A stretch of 32,000 nucleotides of DNA from Patescibacteria group bacterium (GTDB taxonomy: Bacteria > Patescibacteriota > UBA1384 > XYA2-FULL-43-10), in contig JBAYVT010000001.1 of assembly GCA_041674405.1 (NCBI GenBank), positions 218,827 through 250,826 of the forward strand, read 5' to 3'. Numbering within the stretch: the stretch's first letter is position 1; every line of letters begins with the position of its first letter. Positions 25,135 to 32,000 of this stretch are shown here, in pieces. The position numbers and the translations under genes are program-made. The notes under the pieces were generated by a model. That model had not been told where the DNA came from, did not search any database, and saw only the letters and a list, made by a program, of their open reading frames with translations.

Positions 25135-26114
25135 TGGCTAAAAATATCAAAAAAGTGAACAACGTGTCATTGATAGTTTTTTATGACCCCAAAGGCAAAA
25201 TTATGCTTCAGGATAGAAGGGGGCATAGCAAGGTCGGAGAGGAATGGGGATTTTTCGGCGGACATATTGAAGAGGGCGAAACTCCCGAACAAACCCTAAT
25301 CCGAGAAATTCAGGAAGAACTGGATATAGCCATTTCTGACTATAAATATATTGGAGAAGCAAATACACTAATCAACAATGTGGCGGTCAATCGCCACGTT
25401 TACATTGCTCCTATCGGCGAAAAAGAACCAGAAATTAATCTGAAAGAAGGTCATGGTTGTAAATTTTTCACTATAAATAGCGCGAAAAATCTTAAAATGG
25501 TTCCCGGAGACGAAAAGGCAGTGGAATTAGTCGGTGAATCTTTGGAAAAATTAATGCCTGACTTATTAGAAAAATCTATTGAGTTTGTTGATAAATCGTT
25601 TGGCAAGAAATCGCCACATTTCGAGCGGGCGCTGTATTGGGTCAAAATTCTTAAACCCGACGCGGATGAAGCTTTACAAATCGCCGCATACTGTCACGAT
25701 ATCGATCGATCAACTTGGATGAATTCGAAAGATCGCCCTGCTATCAGCAAGAAGCTGATGCTTCAAGATCTCGAAGCGATCCGAGAGCACGAGGAACATG
25801 GCGCAGAAATGATGTACGATTTCTTGGTCGCAAACGGAGCCGATGAATCTCTGGCAGAAAAAGTTCGCCACCTGATTTCTCGTCATGAAGAAGGCGACGA
25901 TGACGAACAAAATGTTTTGAAAGATGCGGACTCTATAAGCTATTTTGAAACGAACGCGGAAAGACACATCGCAGAACTGGGCACATTCACATTTCACGAA
26001 CTCAAATCAAAAACCGACTACATGTTCAATCGCATTACCTCTCCCGAAGCCAAGAAACTTGCCGAGCCGAATTACAAGTCTGCAATTGAAAAATTAGAGA
26101 AAGCTGCCAAATAA
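25134..26114 (+). CDS. Nudix hydrolase fused to an HD-domain
   Basis: Nudix box 'GGHIEEGETPEQTLIREIQEELDI'. C-terminal 'AAYCHDIDR ... RHEEGDD ... LKDADSISY'. Confidence 0.75.
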   Translation: MAKNIKKVNNVSLIVFYDPKGKIMLQDRRGHSKVGEEWGFFGGHIEEGETPEQTLIREIQEELDIAISDYKYIGEANTLINNVAVNRHVYIAPIGEKEPEINLKEGHGCKFFTINSAKNLKMVPGDEKAVELVGESLEKLMPDLLEKSIEFVDKSFGKKSPHFERALYWVKILKPDADEALQIAAYCHDIDRSTWMNSKDRPAISKKLMLQDLEAIREHEEHGAEMMYDFLVANGADESLAEKVRHLISRHEEGDDDEQNVLKDADSISYFETNAERHIAELGTFTFHELKSKTDYMFNRITSPEAKKLAEPNYKSAIEKLEKAAK

Positions 26115-26116
26115 CA

Positions 26117-27040
26117 ATGCAAATATTTTTTACCTTGCTGATAAAAATATCGCCTTTGTATGGGCTCATTGCCTTGTCTTATATTGTCGGCAAATTTTTT
26201 ACCATCGATAGAAAAATTATTGCGAAATTTCTGATATATATTGTGATACCCCTTGTTGTCTTCAATGGCGTTATCTCTGCTAAACTTACGGCTGGTAATA
26301 TTGCACTGCCAATAACTTTTTTTGTAGTTGCGACTTTAATAAGCTTCTTTGCCGCATGGCTTGGAAGAAGATTCTGGCATGACAGCACAAAAAATCTGCT
26401 CGCCTTTGCCTCCGGTTCCGGCAACACGGGCTACTTCGGAATTCCGGTCGCAGTTGCAATTTTTAGTAACGACATGTTTAGCCTGGCTGTTCTTTCAACT
26501 TTGGGAATCATCCTGTTTGAGAATACTTTTGGTTTTTATCATGTTTCCAGAGGGCATTATTCGGTACGTGATAGTTTAAATAAAATTTTGAAATTACCAT
26601 CTATCTGGACATTCATAATCGGTTTGATCCTAAATATATTCGGAATACATTTTACAAACAGCCATTTTACTACTTATTCGAATGTAGTGAAAGATATTTA
26701 CGTGTTTTTTGGCATGTCCATGATCGGCCTAAGTTTAGCCGCTATCAAAACATACCAATTCGATTTTAAGTTTCTAATATTCTCCCATCTGAACAAGTTC
26801 ATATTGTGGCCCATTCTTATTGGCCTGATTATTTTATTTGACAAATTGGCGTTGCATATATTTAGCGCTGATAACTATAGGATTTTGCTTTTGATGTCTA
26901 TTGTCCCACTCGCTGCCAATACCGTGGTATATGCGACTGAGCTGCGTGCCCATCCGGAAAAAGCAGCGACAGCAGTTTTTATAAGCACAGTTATTGCACT
27001 ATTTTATATCCCGCTAATGGTTGGCATATTTATTAAGTAA
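26117..27040 (+). CDS. AEC (auxin efflux carrier) family transporter
   Basis: About 10 TM helices with a typical AEC N-terminus. Confidence 0.7.
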   Translation: MQIFFTLLIKISPLYGLIALSYIVGKFFTIDRKIIAKFLIYIVIPLVVFNGVISAKLTAGNIALPITFFVVATLISFFAAWLGRRFWHDSTKNLLAFASGSGNTGYFGIPVAVAIFSNDMFSLAVLSTLGIILFENTFGFYHVSRGHYSVRDSLNKILKLPSIWTFIIGLILNIFGIHFTNSHFTTYSNVVKDIYVFFGMSMIGLSLAAIKTYQFDFKFLIFSHLNKFILWPILIGLIILFDKLALHIFSADNYRILLLMSIVPLAANTVVYATELRAHPEKAATAVFISTVIALFYIPLMVGIFIK

Positions 27041-27052
27041 GAATTAAATAAT

Positions 27053-27763
27053 ATGAAAAATCTTATTTCTATTTCAACCGGGCTAGTTTATAAATTTACA
27101 GACAAACGCAATGAAATGATTCGCATGCTCCGCGAGTTTTCTCCTGATGGAATCGAACTCTCTTTTGCCGATTCTACATACCTCTTCGACTTTAAAATCT
27201 CTGAGGAGAATGTTGATTATTTACGATCTTTACCCTATACAACTATCCATGCACCCTGGATCGATATTCGGTATGCCAATAACGATAAAAGTAAAAAGGT
27301 CCTCGACCTTATAGAAAAATTGTACAGAAAAACCGGCGCCAAAAACGTGACTATCGAACCGAGAGAAATTGATGATTATAGCATACTCGGTTCTTATGAT
27401 TTTCAGATCTCGATAGAGAACGCCGATATCCGCAAGCCTTTCTGTGCTGCCGAGGAATTGTTGTCTATACTGAATAAAAATCCAAAGCTAAAATTGACGC
27501 TCGATATTGCCCATTCGATGACAGCGAATCCAGATCTATTTGATCAATTGCTTTCAACCGGAAAAATCTCCCAAATTCATGCAGCTTATTTTGACATATC
27601 TCTCTCTGATCACTTTTTCTTCCACAAATACGCTACGCCGGAGTTGATTGCACAGATTAAGAAAATCCCGGAGAATATTCCGCTTGTTCTCGAAGCCGTC
27701 GCCGGCAAACGCGAAGAAATCTCCTCAGTAAGAGATGAAATCAAGTTTTTGCGATCTCTATAA
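27053..27763 (+). CDS. xylose-isomerase-like TIM-barrel protein (sugar phosphate isomerase/epimerase family), tentative
   Basis: Spaced 'IHAPW', 'ISIEN', 'LDIAHS' and 'LVLEAV' resemble the metal-ligand pattern of this fold. Confidence 0.4.
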   Translation: MKNLISISTGLVYKFTDKRNEMIRMLREFSPDGIELSFADSTYLFDFKISEENVDYLRSLPYTTIHAPWIDIRYANNDKSKKVLDLIEKLYRKTGAKNVTIEPREIDDYSILGSYDFQISIENADIRKPFCAAEELLSILNKNPKLKLTLDIAHSMTANPDLFDQLLSTGKISQIHAAYFDISLSDHFFFHKYATPELIAQIKKIPENIPLVLEAVAGKREEISSVRDEIKFLRSL

Positions 27764-27842
27764 AAACGCCTTTTGATATTATTCTTTTACGAAGTTGTCG
27801 GTTTTTGTGCTGGTTTTTGTTATTCAAATTTTCCCTAGATGA

Positions 27843-27871
27843 TTGACATCCAATCACCTTTTTTGTATATT
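27843..27871 (+). promoter_or_regulatory. promoter of the HAD cassette (TTGACA-17-TATATT)
   Basis: Hexamers at 27843-27848 and 27866-27871. Confidence 0.55.
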
Positions 27872-27911
27872 GTCGGGGTCCGACAACCCTAACACCACAA
27901 GGAGAAACGCA

Positions 27912-28424
27912 ATGTCTAGACCCGAGCCGGATATGCGGTTTCACTCGATCGGACACGTCCCGGTCGATGTCCTCCGATACGCAGGGATCAAGGTCCTGCT
28001 CTTTGATGTCGACAATACCTGCGCGCTCCGCAAGTTTGGTTGCCTGACCAACGAGGCGATCGACTTGATCATGAAGGCAAAGGCAGCTGGAATGACCGTC
28101 GTCCTCGTGTCGAACGTCGTCTCCAGCAAGCGCCGGATCGAGCGCGTACGAAAGATGGCGTACGACAACGATGTGGCCTTCGTCTGTGCTACATTTCCGC
28201 GACTCAAGCCGCACCCCGCCCCGTACCAGGAAGCCATGAGCCTTGCTGACGCCAAGCCGAATGAGGCTTGCATGATCGGTGACCAGCTCTTCACCGACGT
28301 GAAAGGCGCAAAGCGTCTCGGCATGATGGCAATTCTGGTAGATCCACTCGGCAGTGACCACCTTGTCACCACACCGAGGCGCCTGCTCCAGAACTTGGCC
28401 CTCCGCAAGGTGGCCTACACCTGA
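27912..28424 (+). CDS. YqeG-like HAD-IIIA phosphatase (170 aa), G+C-rich cassette
   Basis: AAGGAG SD lies 7 nt before ATG 27912. Motif I 'LLFDVDNT', motif II 'VLVSN', motif IV 'MIGDQLFTDV'. Confidence 0.8.
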   Translation: MSRPEPDMRFHSIGHVPVDVLRYAGIKVLLFDVDNTCALRKFGCLTNEAIDLIMKAKAAGMTVVLVSNVVSSKRRIERVRKMAYDNDVAFVCATFPRLKPHPAPYQEAMSLADAKPNEACMIGDQLFTDVKGAKRLGMMAILVDPLGSDHLVTTPRRLLQNLALRKVAYT

Positions 28425-28450
28425 AGCAGCAACCCATCGCAGTTCCGTGA

Positions 28451-28474
28451 CCTCTCCCCCGTGGGAGAGGTTTT
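28451..28474 (+). terminator. GC-rich rho-independent terminator of the HAD gene
   Basis: cctctccc / gggagagg stem with a ccgt loop, then tttt. Confidence 0.75.
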
Positions 28475-28523
28475 CGGTTTAGATAATGAAATTAGCTAAT
28501 TCGGCGAAATTAAACCACCATTT

Positions 28524-28542
28524 ATGTTCGGCAAATGTTCGG
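28524..28542 (+). promoter_or_regulatory. direct repeat ATGTTCGG-N3-ATGTTCGG (= GTTC-N7-GTTC) upstream of the LexA-MTase gene; candidate operator
   Basis: GTTC at 28526-28529 and 28537-28540, 11-bp phasing. Lies just upstream of the candidate promoter GTTACA (28552) -17- TACAAT (28575). Confidence 0.35.
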
Positions 28543-28617
28543 TTATCCACAGTTACATTTTTGACATTCCATAATACAATAGATCTAGAAATAAAATAGA
28601 AAACACAGGGAGGTGTT

Positions 28618-30153
28618 GTGTTGACGAAAAGGCAGCAAGAAATTCTGGACTATATAAAAAAATATCAGGCTAAACATAAATTTTCTCCCTCTCTTGATGA
28701 AATTCGACAAAAGTTTGGGTTTGCCTCCGTTTCGACGGCACACTTCCACGTGTCAAAGCTTCAGGAAATGGGATATTTGGAAAAAGGAAACCATCAGGCT
28801 CGCTCGATTGACGCAACAAACCAAGAAGAATTGATGCGCATTCAGATAGTTGGCACTATTGCTGCCGGATTTTCTATTGAAGCAATAAAATTATCAGATC
28901 GCGACATTGCAGTCTCGACCAAAGAATTGGACCCTAAACAAAAATATTACGCCCTCAAAGTGAGGGGTGACAACATGACCGACGAAGGAATTTTCGATGG
29001 TGACATTGTTGTTTTAAGAAATCAAAGTACAGCAAAAGAAGGAGAAACAGTCGTTGCAATTATCGATGGCAATAAAGCCATTCTGAAAAAATTTTTTAAG
29101 GAAAAAAATAGAATTAGATTGCAATCAGCAAACCAATCAATGCTGCCGATCTTCCGAAAAGACGCCGAAATAAAAGGTGTGGTTGTTAAGATCATAAGAA
29201 ATCTGGAAAATAATTCCGAAAACACATTAGCAGACAGAAAAAAAGAATATTTACTTAAAATCAAAAGTAAAAACCCAAACAGCCAAAATAAGTACAAAAG
29301 AGTGGCTCTTTCCCCGATTAGATATGCCGGTGGCAAGAGCCTGGCAGTAGGCCATGTCATAGAACTGCTTCCTGATAATATCACCCGGCTTGTTTCTCCG
29401 TTTTTTGGCGGTGGCTCTATAGAAATTGCAGCAAGCAAACACTTGGGACTCGAAGTCATTGGATATGATATTTTCGACATTTTGTGCAATTATTGGAATT
29501 TTCAAATTAAAAATCCTGAGCTTTTATATACGAGTCTCAAAAAACTCAAGCCAGATAAGGCGACATTTGAAAAAATTAGATTTATTCTAAATGATGTTTG
29601 GAAGAAGAAAACTAAGCTAGATCCTCTTACCATGGCTGTTTACTATGTTTACAACTTCAACCTATCTTACGGCCCCGGATTTATGGGATGGGCTTCAGAT
29701 ATTTATCTGGATGAATCTAGATATGAAAGAATGCTCGCACGAATACGAGATTTCGATCCACAAAACCTCAGAGTAGAGTGCGCCGATTTCAGGGACGTTA
29801 TGAAAAAACATGTGAGTGATTTTTTATATTGCGATCCCCCATACTATATCGGGGCAGATTCAAAAATGTTCAAAGGTATATACCCCATGAGAAATATCCC
29901 GGTCCATCACAACGGATTTCCACATGAAGAGCTCCGAGATCTCTTGAAAAAACACAAGGGTGGGTTTGTCTTATCCTACAATAATTGCCCGACTATCCGA
30001 GAGTACTATAAAGATTTTCAACAATTATTTCCCACCTGGCAGTACACGATGGGCCAGGGCGAAACGAGGATTGGAACAAATAGAATCAAACATGGCGACA
30101 ATCACATTAAAGAATCGCACGAACTCTTGATTTATTCGCCGCCAAAAATATAG
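28618..30153 (+). CDS. LexA-like repressor (wHTH + S24 domain, Ser->Asn) fused to a Dam-family D12 N6-adenine DNA methyltransferase (511 aa)
   Basis: GGGAGG SD before GTG 28618. LexA-like 'LTKRQQEILDYI', 'IAAGF', 'VRGDNMTDEGIFDGDIVV', 'AILKKF'. MTase motifs 'IRYAGGKS', 'SPFFGGGSIE', 'YCDPPYY'. Confidence 0.85.
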   Translation: MLTKRQQEILDYIKKYQAKHKFSPSLDEIRQKFGFASVSTAHFHVSKLQEMGYLEKGNHQARSIDATNQEELMRIQIVGTIAAGFSIEAIKLSDRDIAVSTKELDPKQKYYALKVRGDNMTDEGIFDGDIVVLRNQSTAKEGETVVAIIDGNKAILKKFFKEKNRIRLQSANQSMLPIFRKDAEIKGVVVKIIRNLENNSENTLADRKKEYLLKIKSKNPNSQNKYKRVALSPIRYAGGKSLAVGHVIELLPDNITRLVSPFFGGGSIEIAASKHLGLEVIGYDIFDILCNYWNFQIKNPELLYTSLKKLKPDKATFEKIRFILNDVWKKKTKLDPLTMAVYYVYNFNLSYGPGFMGWASDIYLDESRYERMLARIRDFDPQNLRVECADFRDVMKKHVSDFLYCDPPYYIGADSKMFKGIYPMRNIPVHHNGFPHEELRDLLKKHKGGFVLSYNNCPTIREYYKDFQQLFPTWQYTMGQGETRIGTNRIKHGDNHIKESHELLIYSPPKI

Positions 30154-30693
30154 CTACTTTTTCTTAAGCCTATTTTGATGATAAAGGTTGTGCTGCTTGG
30201 CAAGATCTTCCGGATAAGGCTTATTGTTCTCTTGAAAATTCCATTCAGGATAGCATGCCTTTCTTGAGTAATAATCCGACTTGCAAAGGTCTTCCATCTC
30301 TTTAAAACTAGCAATTTCCCTTTGTTCCGAGTCAAAAAGCCCATTCACTGATGCCATAGCTTTTGGTGACGTGATCATAAAAAGCTCAACTTTTGAACCC
30401 AATTTCAATGCCCGCTCAATTAGAAGATGAATGACAAAACGTGGAACACCCGGGCTTCCGGTCATCGCGCCTGTATAGAAACTCATTGTTGCTTTTATTC
30501 CGCCCTTGCCGGCTGATCCGCCAATTTTTTTGATGATACCATCTTGGGTAATGATATATATTCGTGCCCGATCGTCCACAAGAGTGCTATTTTCAATTTC
30601 TTTAGAATATTTGAGCTCGATTTTATTTCGATGATTTGCCTTGAGGACAAAATCACCGATTTTTATTGCTGTCTTCACATCACTGATATGCAT
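30154..30693 (-). CDS. hypothetical protein, candidate GIY-YIG-like nuclease partner of the methyltransferase (179 aa)
   Basis: Its stop codon is directly adjacent to the MTase stop (30153/30154). 'RIYIITQDGIIKKIGGS' resembles a GIY...YIG segment. Family not confidently recognised. Confidence 0.6.
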   Translation of the reverse strand: MHISDVKTAIKIGDFVLKANHRNKIELKYSKEIENSTLVDDRARIYIITQDGIIKKIGGSAGKGGIKATMSFYTGAMTGSPGVPRFVIHLLIERALKLGSKVELFMITSPKAMASVNGLFDSEQREIASFKEMEDLCKSDYYSRKACYPEWNFQENNKPYPEDLAKQHNLYHQNRLKKK

Positions 30694-30781
30694 TTTGAAT
30701 CTCCCATTTGATAAATATCAAGGCTACACTACTCCCGTAGAGGTAAAAAGGCAAATTCGCCGAGAACAAAGTCTAAATTTT

Positions 30782-30810
30782 GTTGACGGAAGGCTACTAA
30801 AACGCTATTA
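30782..30810 (+). promoter_or_regulatory. promoter of the CSD cassette (TTGACG-17-TATTAT)
   Basis: Hexamers at 30782-30787 and 30805-30810. Confidence 0.5.
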
Positions 30811-30850
30811 TCTCGTTGCGTACCATCCTATATACTACGAGGTGAGGCTC

Positions 30851-31450
30851 ATGCCTCGACGGAACCACCAAAAACACGGGGCAGGCAGGAGCCGAACTGG
30901 CTCGGCGTTCTTCAAGAAGCTGGGGGGAGGTGATGTCGTATACGACCTTCCGGCCGATAACTCGCTGGATGATGGCTGGATTGGGGAAGCTCCGGGTCGC
31001 TACTTCGGTTTGCCCGGCTTCGTTCCGGTTACTGCCGAAGAGCCGGAGCCAAAGCCAGAGCCAGATCTGCCTCACGGCGTCGGATTCACAGAGCCGATCG
31101 AGGGCGCCGCTGGCGTGGTGCAGTTCTACCACCACGAAAGAGGATTTGGCTGGATCAAGCTCGACCACGACAGAAGAACCGTTTTCGCGCATGTCAGTGG
31201 GCTTGTGCACAGCAACGGGGAAAAGCCCTTCCTCTGGAAAGGCATGGAGGTCACCTTCGACGTCACCTTCGAGGCACGATTCGATCGGTGGCAAGCCGTG
31301 CATGTTCGCCTCACAAACAGCCAGAGCTTCACGGAGTGGGGTAGTAAGCGCGGCATCTACTTCGAGACCGAGGAGGACTTCCTCGGGCACCGGCAGATAT
31401 ATCTGCGCGATCGCAGATCCCATAGGGAGCGCGTGCGGGTTTGCCCGTAG
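30851..31450 (+). CDS. cold-shock-domain protein with long N- and C-terminal extensions (199 aa), G+C-rich cassette
   Basis: GAGGTGAGG SD before ATG 30851. CSD core 'GVVQFYHHERGFGWIKLDHDRRTVFAHVSGL...GMEVTFDV'. Confidence 0.7.
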   Translation: MPRRNHQKHGAGRSRTGSAFFKKLGGGDVVYDLPADNSLDDGWIGEAPGRYFGLPGFVPVTAEEPEPKPEPDLPHGVGFTEPIEGAAGVVQFYHHERGFGWIKLDHDRRTVFAHVSGLVHSNGEKPFLWKGMEVTFDVTFEARFDRWQAVHVRLTNSQSFTEWGSKRGIYFETEEDFLGHRQIYLRDRRSHRERVRVCP

Positions 31451-31478
31451 TCTCGCAACAAGACACATATAGTCGTAC

Positions 31479-31509
31479 ATGCGCCTCGCCGGCTCCCGGC
31501 GAGGCGCAT
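31479..31509 (+). terminator. GC-rich hairpin terminator of the CSD gene
   Basis: atgcgcctcgccgg / ccggcgaggcgcat 14-bp stem with a ctc loop. Confidence 0.65.
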
Positions 31510-31530
31510 TCGTTATATACATTTATATCA

Positions 31531-31559
31531 TTGACATTTGATCGTAATTTCTATATAAT
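31531..31559 (+). promoter_or_regulatory. ssrA promoter (TTGACA-17-TATAAT)
   Basis: Consensus hexamers at 31531-31536 and 31554-31559. Confidence 0.75.
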
Positions 31560-31608
31560 TGAATTCAAATCCTCTTGATTTTGTAAATATTTCGCCCTGG
31601 GCAAACAT

Positions 31609-32000
31609 GGGGGTGTATTAGTTTCGACAGAAGGACCTTAAAAACATATCTGCAAGTAAGTGGGTAAGCCGCTTTATAAGCGTTTACAAATTTAAGTGCA
31701 AAAACACTTTCAGAGAGAGTAAAGACTGCTTTCGCAGGATTTGCTTTTTCGCCAGTTGCTGCTTAATTAATTAGTAGCAACCATCCGCCCTTCCGCTTTT
31801 CGACGGGAGAGATCGGGTGTTATATTTCGAAATGCTGATTTTCCGGTTCTTGCGCGGAAAATAGTAAGCCAAACAGCGAGATAAGATAATAGTTTTCTGC
31901 CTTGGTTGAGCTATTATTCGAACAAATCACCAAGGCAAAACTTGTAGACGATATGTTTGAAGCCTTTTGGACAGGGGTGCAACTCCCCTCACCTCCACCA
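31609..32000 (+). ncRNA. ssrA: tmRNA (transfer-messenger RNA)
   Basis: 5' GGGGGTG...TTTCGACA. 3' GGACAGGGGTGCAACTCCCCTCACCTCCACCA (T-arm, acceptor, CCA). Tag frame from GCA 31698 to TAA 31764-31766 ends ...FAFSPVAA. Confidence 0.95.

Noticed and set aside
27741-28408. 206-aa and 155-aa minus-strand ORFs
   Set aside because: They are antisense to the HAD phosphatase gene, which carries clear motifs (DVDNT, VSN, GDQLFTD). Their Arg-rich, low-information sequence is typical of GC-rich antisense frames.
30797-31522. 241-aa ORF on the minus strand
   Set aside because: It is antisense to the CSD gene inside a G+C-rich block, where long spurious antisense frames are expected. It has no SD or promoter and no motifs. 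The plus-strand gene has a promoter, an SD, a CSD motif and a terminator.
1-32000. Alternative genetic code (UGA recoding) as in some CPR lineages
   Set aside because: All conserved genes (thrS, glyA, rnhB, ABC ATPases) are full length under the standard code with no in-frame TGA interruptions.

Overview
AT-rich window (a sampled 60-nt line, 9481-9540, is 32% G+C) from a compact, mostly co-directional bacterial genome. The reduced RNase P RNA, TGS-less ThrRS and many Nudix/HD genes suggest a small-genome Patescibacteria/CPR-like lineage, but that is inference only. Recognisable housekeeping content includes two ABC exporters, rnhB, thrS, glyA, a dcd / dCMP-deaminase / long ThyX-like dTMP operon and an SPFH protein. 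There is also a PEBP protein, an RRM RNA-binding protein, tRNA-Gln, tRNA-Val, rnpB and ssrA (tmRNA). Three things stand out. (1) A 511-aa ORF fuses a complete LexA-like repressor, whose S24 nucleophile is Ser->Asn, to a Dam-family (D12) adenine methyltransferase. It lies tail-to-tail with a small GIY-YIG-like putative nuclease, making a candidate self-regulated R-M/defence module next to ssrA. (2) Five sharply bounded G+C-rich single-gene cassettes sit in intergenic spacers (line 12361-12420 is 60% G+C). The four cassettes that lie fully inside the window each have their own SD and GC-rich terminator, and three of those also show a sigma70-like promoter. One cassette is bracketed by a perfect 22-bp direct repeat, and no recombinase is visible. 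(3) An XRE-HTH regulator is joined in frame to an Hsp20 alpha-crystallin domain through three perfect 30-bp tandem repeats, with a palindromic operator over its promoter. Smaller oddities are a duplicated tRNA-Gln 3' end flanking a structured ~120-nt element, and a Nudix gene with no canonical start codon. All calls come from reading the sequence and ORF track by eye. No database search or folding program was run.
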